64,000 nucleotides of DNA from an uncultured Methanolobus sp. (GTDB taxonomy: Archaea; Halobacteriota; Methanosarcinia; Methanosarcinales; Methanosarcinaceae): contig OY776215.1 in assembly GCA_963675495.1 (NCBI GenBank), positions 2,784,001 to 2,848,000 on the forward strand, read 5' to 3'. Numbering within the stretch: the first letter of the stretch is position 1; each line of letters starts with the position of its first letter. Below, one piece after another: positions 11,547 to 21,098 of this stretch. The notes under the pieces are model-generated. The model was given only the letters and a program-made list of their open reading frames with translations, was not told the DNA's origin and searched no databases. The position numbers and the translations under genes are program-made.

Positions 11547-13481
11547 ATGAATCTCGGGCTTGGCATAGACACTGGCGGCACATATACAGATGCCGTGATC
11601 ATGGATCTTGAAGATGGATCAATAATAGATTCAAACAAATCGCTTACTACTTACCCTGACCTGATCAAGGGCATAATAAATTCAATTGATGGCCTTAAAG
11701 CCAAGTATCTTGCTAATGTGAGATTCACTTCAGTATCCACCACACTTGCTACTAACACCACACTGGAGGGTAAAGGATACCCTGCAGGTCTCATACTTAT
11801 TGGCTATAATATCTCCCGAAAAATTCCGACAGACCATATTATTTCCATAGAAGGTGGTCATGATGCCGATGGCAATGAAGTAGAACCACTGGGCAATCTG
11901 GAGAAATTGAAAGAATTTGTAAAAACGAATCAAAACAAAGTCTCTTCCTTTGCCGTATCATCGTATTTCGGAGTACGTAATCCGGAACATGAACTGATAA
12001 TCAAAGAGATGATACAGGATATGACAGACCTCCCCGTTGTTTGCGGACATGAACTTTCCATGGAACTTGGAGCTTACGAAAGGGCATTGACAGCACTTCT
12101 TAATGCCCAGCTGATTCCGGTAATAGACCAGTTCATAAGGTCTGTAAGGTCAGTGATGCAGGATAAGAACATCAATTCAGTCTTAATGATGATGAGATGT
12201 GACGGATCACTTGTCAGGATCGAAGAGGCACTTAAAAAACCAGTGGAATCCATTTTTTCCGGACCTGCTGCGAGCCTGCTGGGCGCTGCACATCTAACAG
12301 GTCTCAAAGAGTGCCTGACCATAGATGTAGGAGGTACGAGTACGGACATCTCTATGATCCTCGATGGCATGCCCGCTATCAGCAGTTCCGGTGCTGTTGT
12401 CGGAGACTGGGATACAATGGTCAAGGCTATCAAAATGAACACCTCTGCTATTGGAGGTGACAGTCATGTATGGATGCGGGAAAAAGCGTATATCGGACCT
12501 AACAGGGTCATACCATTATGCCTTTGCGCTGCCGAATTCCCTTCCATAATAAGTAAACTGCAGAACGCTGAAAATATATCAAGTCGTATAATGAACGATA
12601 TCATCCAGCCAACAACATTCTTCATGTCCAATGGAGCAAAATCCCATTCCCTGCACACTTCTGGACTGGAGGTGGAAGAGATGCAGATATTTGATGCCAT
12701 CACAGACGAACCTTCATCGATATCAGATATTGCCTCAAGGACAAGTAAGCATCCTCTGATTTTCGAAGGCATCTTGAGAAAGCTCATACAGAAAAGATAT
12801 GTAAGACAGGTGGGTTTCACCCCGACAGATGTCCTTCATGTGACCGGTGACTATACCAGATGGGATCCCGATGCATCAATTTTAGCAGCTTCGATCCTTT
12901 CAGAATATACTTCCATCGATTCCTTGGATTTCTGTACCAAACTCAAAGAAGACGTATCTAAAAGTATTGTACTCAATCTCATTGCACACTGTGCAGATAA
13001 CGTAAATAAAACCGATCTGGAAAAACTATTGGATGGCACAGAATTAATGAAATTCACGATAAAGACCCCTGTGGTAATGGTGGGTGCCCCTGTAGCTGCA
13101 TACATGAAAGATATGAAATATTTCATTGATGCAGATATAAGGATTCCGCAGTACCATGAAGTGGGTAATGCTGTAGGTGCCCTTGTCGGTAATGTGGTGT
13201 ACAGGGAAGAAGTGCTGATAAGACCAGCAGGCTCGGGTAGTTCACAGTATCTGGTCTTCTCTGAAAAAGGAAGACAAATGTTCGATGATTATCAGGATGC
13301 TCTTGACATGGCCAATGCCCTTGTCAACAGCACAGTTTCAGAGTATATGTCCGGCTATGGATTAAGTATGGACAATGTAAAGTTCGATCTTGAATATAAC
13401 GACATCGGGAGTATTGGAACGGTGCCCCTTGAGACAAAAATAGTAGGGGTGGCCGTTGGTTCCCCCAGGAGAGTAATATGA
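11547..13481 (+). CDS. Hydantoinase/oxoprolinase (HyuA-like, ASKHA ATPase) family protein
   Basis: GIDTGGTYTD, STTLATN, SGPAAS and DVGGTSTD motifs; RBS AGGTGA before ATG 11547. Confidence 0.88.
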   Translation: MNLGLGIDTGGTYTDAVIMDLEDGSIIDSNKSLTTYPDLIKGIINSIDGLKAKYLANVRFTSVSTTLATNTTLEGKGYPAGLILIGYNISRKIPTDHIISIEGGHDADGNEVEPLGNLEKLKEFVKTNQNKVSSFAVSSYFGVRNPEHELIIKEMIQDMTDLPVVCGHELSMELGAYERALTALLNAQLIPVIDQFIRSVRSVMQDKNINSVLMMMRCDGSLVRIEEALKKPVESIFSGPAASLLGAAHLTGLKECLTIDVGGTSTDISMILDGMPAISSSGAVVGDWDTMVKAIKMNTSAIGGDSHVWMREKAYIGPNRVIPLCLCAAEFPSIISKLQNAENISSRIMNDIIQPTTFFMSNGAKSHSLHTSGLEVEEMQIFDAITDEPSSISDIASRTSKHPLIFEGILRKLIQKRYVRQVGFTPTDVLHVTGDYTRWDPDASILAASILSEYTSIDSLDFCTKLKEDVSKSIVLNLIAHCADNVNKTDLEKLLDGTELMKFTIKTPVVMVGAPVAAYMKDMKYFIDADIRIPQYHEVGNAVGALVGNVVYREEVLIRPAGSGSSQYLVFSEKGRQMFDDYQDALDMANALVNSTVSEYMSGYGLSMDNVKFDLEYNDIGSIGTVPLETKIVGVAVGSPRRVI

Positions 13482-15103
13482 GCACTTCACTGGAACATGT
13501 GGGAAATATGAATGCGGGAAATATGAATGCACTTGATAACATGGATGCATTGCGTCAAAGTGTGCGTAATCGTATTGGGATCAAGGATGATGCTGAAGAA
13601 GATGGTCTGATATATGAGATGCTTCATGCTTCCAGAGACATCAAGGACCTCCTTGTATCCTCTTTTGGGCCACGCGGATCGAGCAAGATAATAATCAGCC
13701 CAACAGATGATGTTTATTTGACAAGTGACGGCAAGACCATAATCGAACAGATCGATGTGTTGCATCCCGTGGTCACGTCCCTCAAAGAACTTTCCATGTC
13801 CATGGACAGGGTATGTGGTGATGGTACAAAGACCGCAGTGATCATCGCTGCTTCTCTAATCGAGAATGCTGCAAAACTCGTAGATTATGGTCTGCATCCA
13901 ACAACCATCATAAAAGGATACCAGCTTGCTCTGAACAAAGTGTACGATATCCTCAACTATGAGAGTATTCGGATAAGTTCTGATAGCGACCTTCATTCTG
14001 TCATAGAGAATGCCAGCCTGAGTAAAGGGGCTGAACCCCATCAGGCCCGGATAATAGCTGATATTGTTCTGAAGACACTTACAAATATCAGGGATAAGTA
14101 TGGTGATGGTCACATAGATCTAAACGATTATGTCAAAATTATAAAAAAGGTAGGCTCCCCATCTATAGAATCTATTTCAGGAATGGTTCTGGATGAAAGA
14201 CCTGCAAGATCAGACATGCCTTATCATCTGGAAAATGCAAGCGTCCTTATGATCAATGGCAATGTGAAATTTGAGAGTAATATCATAAATTCCCAGCGCA
14301 ATCTAAGAATAGATGATCTCGCCGATTCAAAGCTTATCTTCCATGGCCAGGAACGAAATTTGAAAGCCATGTCACAGAAGATAATTGATTCCGGAGCTAA
14401 CGTTGTCTTTTGTGAAGGAGATGTGGATGAATCTGTTGAGGGTTCACTTGCAAAACATGATATTCTGCTTTTCCAAAAGCTGAAGATCAGGGATATGGAG
14501 ATGGTCTCAAAGGCAACAGGCGCAAGTATTCTTTCCATCAGGGATGATATACTTCCTCATAACCTGGGTTTTGCCGATGAGGCGAAGGTCGAAAAAAGAA
14601 ACGATGAGCATTTCCTTTTTCTTTCTGTCAGTGATCAGCTGATATCCACGATCATGATATGGGAGCCTTTTAGATATGGTCTTGAAAAGATCGAGGAAGC
14701 AGTAGATGATGCAGTCAATAATGCTGCATTCATACTCAAGAACCCACTTGCCGTCAGAGGAGGAGGGGATATCGAATTTGTGCTCTCACAGATGCTCAGA
14801 CAGTATTCTTCCACGATTGTTGGGAAAGAGCAACTCGCAGTTATCGAATATGCAAACGCCCTTGAAGAGATTCCCAGAACACTCGCACGAAACGTGGGTC
14901 TCAATGAAGTGGATGCGATAACGAAAATGCTCCATTCCTATAACAAGGGAATCGACAGCAGAATTGATCTTACACGAGATATCGTTGCCAACAACCCTCC
15001 AGTATATGATTCTTTCAGTATTAAGCAAATGGCTATTATCGCGGCAACCGAGGCTGTAAGCAATATGTTGAGAATTGACAAGATCGTATTAAAAAAGTCT
15101 TGA
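13478..15103 (+). CDS. Divergent group II chaperonin (thermosome/TCP-1 family)
   Basis: SFGPRG, TSDGKTI, GDGTKT, GLHPTTIIKGY, YANALEEIPRTLARN, LRIDKIV. Confidence 0.88.
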   Translation: MSTSLEHVGNMNAGNMNALDNMDALRQSVRNRIGIKDDAEEDGLIYEMLHASRDIKDLLVSSFGPRGSSKIIISPTDDVYLTSDGKTIIEQIDVLHPVVTSLKELSMSMDRVCGDGTKTAVIIAASLIENAAKLVDYGLHPTTIIKGYQLALNKVYDILNYESIRISSDSDLHSVIENASLSKGAEPHQARIIADIVLKTLTNIRDKYGDGHIDLNDYVKIIKKVGSPSIESISGMVLDERPARSDMPYHLENASVLMINGNVKFESNIINSQRNLRIDDLADSKLIFHGQERNLKAMSQKIIDSGANVVFCEGDVDESVEGSLAKHDILLFQKLKIRDMEMVSKATGASILSIRDDILPHNLGFADEAKVEKRNDEHFLFLSVSDQLISTIMIWEPFRYGLEKIEEAVDDAVNNAAFILKNPLAVRGGGDIEFVLSQMLRQYSSTIVGKEQLAVIEYANALEEIPRTLARNVGLNEVDAITKMLHSYNKGIDSRIDLTRDIVANNPPVYDSFSIKQMAIIAATEAVSNMLRIDKIVLKKS

Positions 15104-15115
15104 TGGAGGAGTTAA

Positions 15116-16240
15116 ATGCCTGATGAAATGACTTCAAAGGAACGTTTTATCCATGCTCTTGAATTAAAAGAAGTGGACAGGGTACCACTGGGATATTTGT
15201 GGTTCGGAGCTGGTAATGCGGTACTTGACCGAATGAATACAAGCATGGAGGATGTGTATTATTCCGCGAAAGGCATTGCCAGAGCGCAGATATTAGCAAG
15301 GGAAATGTATCACCATGACAATGTAATGTCACCGTGGGGATGTTTGCTAGTGGAAGCGGAAGCCCTTGGGGCAAAAATAAACATCAAGAGAGATGCTTAT
15401 CCTACAATAGCAGAATTTCCTTTAATATCTGCAAAAGAATATGAGAATATTGATCCGGTTGCCATAGAACGCTCAGAAAGAGTACAGACAATTGTAGAGT
15501 CCATATACTTGCTCAAAAAAGAGCTTGGAGATAATGTTTTCATAAGCGGTGCACTACTTACTCCTCTCATGCTTGCTTCCCAGTTAATGGAAGGGAGCAG
15601 GATGTTCATTGAAATGATGAGGGATCCGGATAATTTTCATGCACTGCTTGATGTTCTCACTGATAGTTGCATAACCTTTGCAGATATGATGCTTGATGCA
15701 GGTGCAGACGGTGCATTTATTGAGAACGGCAACAGCACTTCGGATCTTTTCAGTCTGGAAATGGCAAAGGAATTTGGTTTTCAGTATTCTAAGAAATTAT
15801 ATTCACACATACAGGATAGAGGAGCTTATGTAATATCGCATAACTGTGCAAACCATACATTCCATGAACTGGAACTGGCTCTTGAACCTGATGCTTTGAA
15901 TTTTTTCTTTGGAAATGTGGAAGCACTCGGGGAAAATTATGGGATAGATTGCCTGAAACTCCACAACCATAAGCACATTGGTTGCAGGGAGAGATACTGT
16001 TTCAGGGATTTCAAAGACTTCAATGATTCAGGCATATGTCTGATGGGAAATATCAATCCCTATACATTCGGTTCAGGAAGGTTTGACAATATCGCTTTTG
16101 AAGTGAAGAGTTGTATGGCTGCAGCTCCGGATAAGGGATTCATACTATCCACCGGGTGTGAGATACCACTGGATACACCTCATGAAGAGATGGATATTCT
16201 CTGGGAATCAATGAGACCTTATTTTAAGCAGGGGGAATAA
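15116..16240 (+). CDS. MtaA/CmuA (UroD-fold) methylcobamide:thiol methyltransferase family
   Basis: MTSKERF..VDRVP, VEAEALGA, Zn ligands SHNC and STGCEIP. Confidence 0.82.
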   Translation: MPDEMTSKERFIHALELKEVDRVPLGYLWFGAGNAVLDRMNTSMEDVYYSAKGIARAQILAREMYHHDNVMSPWGCLLVEAEALGAKINIKRDAYPTIAEFPLISAKEYENIDPVAIERSERVQTIVESIYLLKKELGDNVFISGALLTPLMLASQLMEGSRMFIEMMRDPDNFHALLDVLTDSCITFADMMLDAGADGAFIENGNSTSDLFSLEMAKEFGFQYSKKLYSHIQDRGAYVISHNCANHTFHELELALEPDALNFFFGNVEALGENYGIDCLKLHNHKHIGCRERYCFRDFKDFNDSGICLMGNINPYTFGSGRFDNIAFEVKSCMAAAPDKGFILSTGCEIPLDTPHEEMDILWESMRPYFKQGE

Positions 16241-16241
16241 A

Positions 16242-17888
16242 ATGTACGGAATAGCATTAGATGTGGGAACCAGCGGCTTTAGGGCGCAATTGATAGACAT
16301 GGAAACAAAGGAAATTGTTAAGACTTCAATGACAATGAAGCATCCGTTGCCAGGTGGGAACGTGACGGATCATCTCGACTTTGCCATATCTATTGGAGAG
16401 GATGTGGCACACAGTATCATCATAGATGCTGTCGAGAAAATGATCGAAAGATTCGATGTTGATACATCGCAGATATCAAAGATGGCTGTCTGCGGTAACC
16501 CGATACAGCTCTCCCTTTTCCAGAATTCGGAAATACGTGATCTGGCCTATGCGGGGAGAAACATGCGAAAAAGACTGGGTATAGGTGACGTACAACGTGA
16601 TGCCCGGATATTCCCGGCTATGGATATATTCCACGGAACCTTAAACCTTGGGAATTGTGAGATTATCATTCCACCTGCAATCGAGCATGAGATCGGTGCC
16701 GATGCGCTTGCCATGATGGTTGAAACGGATTTTCTCGAACAGGAAGAACCAACTCTTGTAACGGATTATGGAACGAACGCTGAGATGGCCATAAAGGTAG
16801 GCAACAGGATAGTCACAGCAAGTGCTGCGGCCGGACCTGCTATAGAAGGACAGGGCATAAGTTGCGGTATGCTCGCAGCCCCGGGAGCGATTACCGATGT
16901 TAATCTGGAGAATGGCTTCTGGAGAATATCTGTACTGGATGAGAACATGGAAGCTGCAAAAGGCCACCTTATAGACCCGGTAAGCGGAACGATACTTGAA
17001 GGGTCGGATATAGTACCGGCTGGTATCACGGGAACCGGCCTAATTTCAATATTATCTCTTGCGATCGAGACAGGGATTATAATAAGTCCGCCTAAACTAA
17101 AGTACGGGAAGATCGAACTTGGTGGTGGTATAGAGGTATCAGAAACTGATATAAAAGAGGCTGGTAAGGCCATAGGTGCCATAAGGGCTTCTCAGCTGAC
17201 CCTGATACATGAATCCGGTATCGCCTATGAAGAACTTGAAACTATGTATATGAGCGGTGCTTCAGGAACCTATGTTGATCCTTTCAAAGCAAGAAAAATA
17301 GGGTCATGTCCGGATTTTACAAAGAAAACAGTGCAATTCGGGAATACTTCCCTGAACCTTGCAAGAGACATAGTTCTTGAAAAAGTAAAACTTGATACAT
17401 TGATCGAATTGGCGGGGCATATAAAGGCTGATCATCTTATGATGGCAACCAGTGAAACTTTCAAAATGTTCTACGCTTGCGAGTTGGGATACTGGACAGA
17501 GGGTATGTCCATGGATATATATCGGAAACTTTTGAAGGTATATAAATTGCCACAACTACCAGCTCCCATGGAAGATCCGGTCATTGAAAAAAGGGTCCAC
17601 AAAGATATCAGTGAGACAGGTACAGGTCGGGTAGAAGTGATAGATGACATAGGTGTCACTCTTGAAGAAATGGCAATTGGATGCATAATGTGCCACAGAT
17701 GTGAAAAAGAATGTCCTGAACAAGCAATATTCATTAATGCAGCTGATGATCTCTTTGCAGAGTACAATACTCTGAAATGTCTGGGAACGGCGTGTAAAAG
17801 ATGTGTAAATGCGTGTCCGGTACATGCAATTGACTACAAGGAAATAAAGATCATGAACGAAAGACCACTTTCAGGTCTTTCGGCATAA
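16242..17888 (+). CDS. ramA: Corrinoid protein reductive activase (RamA family)
   Basis: YGIALDVGTSGFR, HPLPGGN, DYGTNAEMA, AAAGPAIEGQ; C-terminal 2x[4Fe-4S] CIMCHRCEKECP / CLGTACKRCVNACP. Confidence 0.92.
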   Translation: MYGIALDVGTSGFRAQLIDMETKEIVKTSMTMKHPLPGGNVTDHLDFAISIGEDVAHSIIIDAVEKMIERFDVDTSQISKMAVCGNPIQLSLFQNSEIRDLAYAGRNMRKRLGIGDVQRDARIFPAMDIFHGTLNLGNCEIIIPPAIEHEIGADALAMMVETDFLEQEEPTLVTDYGTNAEMAIKVGNRIVTASAAAGPAIEGQGISCGMLAAPGAITDVNLENGFWRISVLDENMEAAKGHLIDPVSGTILEGSDIVPAGITGTGLISILSLAIETGIIISPPKLKYGKIELGGGIEVSETDIKEAGKAIGAIRASQLTLIHESGIAYEELETMYMSGASGTYVDPFKARKIGSCPDFTKKTVQFGNTSLNLARDIVLEKVKLDTLIELAGHIKADHLMMATSETFKMFYACELGYWTEGMSMDIYRKLLKVYKLPQLPAPMEDPVIEKRVHKDISETGTGRVEVIDDIGVTLEEMAIGCIMCHRCEKECPEQAIFINAADDLFAEYNTLKCLGTACKRCVNACPVHAIDYKEIKIMNERPLSGLSA

Positions 17889-17903
17889 ACCAGGAGAATC
17901 TCA

Positions 17904-18218
17904 ATGACAGAAGTAAAAGTCAATTCCAATATATGTGGGTTCACCCATATTATCAGGGGAAGAAAGGATGGTCAAAAGATAATTGTGGACATTGATAGTC
18001 CATGTGAGAAGATTAAAAAGACGTCTCACCTGGAAGTCGATATGATGGATCTTTTTGATATAAAAGATAATCATATAATGGAAAAGGCCAAAGAGGCCAG
18101 ATGTTCTTCTACCTGCCTTGTACCCTGTGCAGTGATGAATGTATGTTGCATCGAAGCAAGTTTCATGTCGGGCAATCTTGCCAGGAATACAGGAAGTGTC
18201 AGTATCGAATTTATGTGA
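17904..18218 (+). CDS. Small conserved Cys-rich protein (DUF6951-like)
   Basis: ICGF, SPCEKI and CSSTCLVPC motifs; RBS AGGAG. Confidence 0.75.
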   Translation: MTEVKVNSNICGFTHIIRGRKDGQKIIVDIDSPCEKIKKTSHLEVDMMDLFDIKDNHIMEKAKEARCSSTCLVPCAVMNVCCIEASFMSGNLARNTGSVSIEFM

Positions 18219-18327
18219 GCATATTTTTTATTAAAGTGAAGAACATAAGAATATCATTTAGAATTACAAGACAGATGCCATAAATACATGTAATTTAAAA
18301 GGATGGTATTATATTAGCGAAGCAACA

Positions 18328-19371
18328 TTGAATATCTCAAAAAAATTCCAGGATATACTGGATGGAAAAAAGGTGGATATTCCTCTTGCAGGTACTGTCA
18401 CTACAGCAGGAATACTTGACCTGATGGACATTTCCGGAGCTTGCAGACCTGAAGCCGACAGTAATCCGGAAAAAATGGCAAAACTGGCAGCTTCCTTACA
18501 CACGGACGCAAAGCTTGAGGTCATACGTATTCCATTTGATGTGACGGTGATTGGCGAGGCACTTGGCTGTCAGATCGATTCTGGTACAAAGGCAAGAACT
18601 CCATCAGTGATCACTAATCCATTTGAGGACGGGCCTGAAGATCTTGGGATACCCAGCGATTTACTGGAACGGGGAAGAATACCTGTTGTAATGGAAGCGA
18701 TCTCCCTTCTCAAGAACGATGCGGGATTAAACGTGCCTTTAGTTGCAGGTATTGAAGGGCCTGCTGATCTTTCTTCTTATCTTTGCGGGATTAGATCGTT
18801 CTTGAAGTGGACTGTAAAGAAACCTGAAACTGCAAAGAATATCATCGAAAAATGTATTGATGCCTGCATTACTTGTGCTAATGCCTATCTTCTTTCAGGT
18901 GCAGATGCAGTCGTGATCGCAGATGCTCTGTCTTCTCCGGAGATGATGGGTCCTGATGCATTCAGGCAAATTGTAAAGCCTGCACTGATAAGGTTCAATA
19001 AAAGCATAAGAGGCCATAGCATACTTCACATATGCGGGGAAACGGATAGTATTATGCCAGACATGCTTGAATGTGGTTTTAGTGCTATAAGCATCGAAGA
19101 GAATGTGAAGGGCCTGAAATATATGGTCGATAGTGCACACAGGAACAATACAGCAATAATCGGGAATATTTCTACCTCAGACACCCTGTATAGAAAGACA
19201 CCGGAAGATGTCAGAAAAGAGGCTTTCCAATGCCTTGATGCAAATATCGATATACTTGCTCCTGGTTGTGGTATGGCTCCTGAGACACCTTTAAAGAACA
19301 TTCTGGCCATGGTCAAGGCAAGGGATGAGTTCTTTGAACAAAATATTCTGATTATAAAAGGCCCTAACTAA
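18328..19371 (+). CDS. Methylcobamide:CoM methyltransferase (MtaA/MtbA family)
   Basis: PFDVTVIGEALGC, GRIPVV, Zn ligands LHICG and APGCG; start uncertain (TTG 18328 or ATT 18313). Confidence 0.88.
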   Translation: MNISKKFQDILDGKKVDIPLAGTVTTAGILDLMDISGACRPEADSNPEKMAKLAASLHTDAKLEVIRIPFDVTVIGEALGCQIDSGTKARTPSVITNPFEDGPEDLGIPSDLLERGRIPVVMEAISLLKNDAGLNVPLVAGIEGPADLSSYLCGIRSFLKWTVKKPETAKNIIEKCIDACITCANAYLLSGADAVVIADALSSPEMMGPDAFRQIVKPALIRFNKSIRGHSILHICGETDSIMPDMLECGFSAISIEENVKGLKYMVDSAHRNNTAIIGNISTSDTLYRKTPEDVRKEAFQCLDANIDILAPGCGMAPETPLKNILAMVKARDEFFEQNILIIKGPN

Positions 19372-19800
19372 ACAGATTGTGGTATTTTTTCATGAAGATA
19401 TACTTTGTGATTTTCTCCATAAAATAATCCTTTACAAAACTAGATTTAATGTAAAAATTAATACCCTTTTTCAATATGCCTTTTCAAATCAGTTGGCTAA
19501 TAGCTAGGTTCAGTACTTCTCTTATTTCCCCTCTTTTTTCTTACCACTACCTATTTAGTTCAAAAACTGCACTGCCAATTGAATCCTTAATTTCATTCTA
19601 ATCCATTGCTCAGCAAACAGTACAAATATATCAAACCTGAACTTGCTATCATCAATTATCTCAGGAACTTGCTTTAAGATCGTAAAATGCTTTTTCTGAA
19701 TGCATAGCCATGTATTTGTAAGAAGGAACGATAGTAATGCAAAGAAGTACTGAAATTGACTTTAATTCCTGATTTGAAAATAGCAGTTGCATTAAAAATT

Positions 19801-19822
19801 TAAAGGACAGTTGCGTCCTTTA
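19801..19822. terminator. Hairpin directly after the stop of the 365-aa gene
   Basis: TAAAGGAC-AGTTGC-GTCCTTTA perfect 8-bp stem. Confidence 0.45.
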
Positions 19823-20920
19823 TTATTTTTTCACTGCAAAATATATATTACCAAAGGGTATGCAAGTGGCAGCTATGTAAACAAGTGCTCCTATGATAGG
19901 TATCTCACTTACCAGAAGCAGGACAAACATTCCCAGTGCCAGCTCGATCCATGGTTTTGATTCCTTGTCCATTTTCGTGAGCAAATACTTTCCAACCCAT
20001 ATGCCAGTGAATATCCTTGCAATGTAAAGGCCTGCAAATATCAATGCCATGAGTATCAATCCAAGAGGTATGCCTATCACTGTGATGAATAGCATGAATG
20101 TAAGTATCATGGCTGCTATGAATATTGCAAGACCGACCAGGAATGTTTTTCCCGGTACTTCAGGAGTCTTTGAAACTATATTCTTAATCTGCTCCGGCCA
20201 GATCGCTATTCCCAGAAGGCCTATAAGCACAAGTGAAAGATATCCTATGAACCACGAAAGAATGGAAAATTTGCCATGGTCCTCTTCCTCATATTCCTCT
20301 TGAAGGAAAGCAGTCTCTTTTCCTACTGTTCCCGCAGGAACATTTCCACTTTCAGGACTTCGGTATTTAAGGTCGCCAGTGATGTATGCATCTGGCAGTA
20401 CTACAAGTTGTCCTGTATTCAGGTCAACATTTCCTCCAACTGCACCACCGAGTGTAACTTCACCACCTGACCCTGTGACATTTCCACCCACATCTCCAAG
20501 GAGGCTTAACTGACCTGTTGCAGATGTAAGGTCACCACCAATGGAGCCGGTATTGGATATTTTTGTGTCACCTGAAAGCGATATAAGGTCATCCTGAACG
20601 GTTCCAGTGATCGTCAATGTTCCGGCTGCAACTCTGACATCATCACCAACATTACCTGATATCGTAACGTCCCCTGCAGCAACTATCAGGTCCTGTGTGA
20701 TATTTCCCTGGACATCCACCTGGCCACCGGCAGCTACAACGTCTCCGATAACTGTTCCTCTGATAATGATATTATTGCCAGCGACAACCACATCGTCTTC
20801 TATAACATCGTCTATGATTATTGTATCCACACCTTCAATGGTCGTGAAAGCTGATGCAGGATAGCTAAGCACAAAGATAATAATAAGCAATTTTAACAAA
20901 AGTTCAAACTGTGATTTCAT
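19823..20920 (-). CDS. Secreted/membrane protein with bactofilin-like (polymer-forming) beta-helix repeats
   Basis: Signal peptide, repeated G(D/N)V..A.G.V.I.G units, C-terminal multi-TM region with ITVIGIPLG. Confidence 0.75.
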   Translation of the reverse strand: MKSQFELLLKLLIIIFVLSYPASAFTTIEGVDTIIIDDVIEDDVVVAGNNIIIRGTVIGDVVAAGGQVDVQGNITQDLIVAAGDVTISGNVGDDVRVAAGTLTITGTVQDDLISLSGDTKISNTGSIGGDLTSATGQLSLLGDVGGNVTGSGGEVTLGGAVGGNVDLNTGQLVVLPDAYITGDLKYRSPESGNVPAGTVGKETAFLQEEYEEEDHGKFSILSWFIGYLSLVLIGLLGIAIWPEQIKNIVSKTPEVPGKTFLVGLAIFIAAMILTFMLFITVIGIPLGLILMALIFAGLYIARIFTGIWVGKYLLTKMDKESKPWIELALGMFVLLLVSEIPIIGALVYIAATCIPFGNIYFAVKK

Positions 20921-21098
20921 ACTATACTCCCCTTTTATGAATTAATCCCAATAAAGAATTATGTTTTATGGATTAAATGTTTTGTTGGGTCATTGAACTC
21001 TTTGGTAAAAAAGAAAACACAAATAGTCTGATTGTGTTTGTTTCAGATTGGAAATATGGATAAATCAGGGCACAAGTATTGAAATCAAGTAAAAGAGC

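Noticed and set aside
19400-19790. Possible decayed gene on the minus strand
   Set aside because: Only short fragments in shifting frames with several stops and no recognisable family
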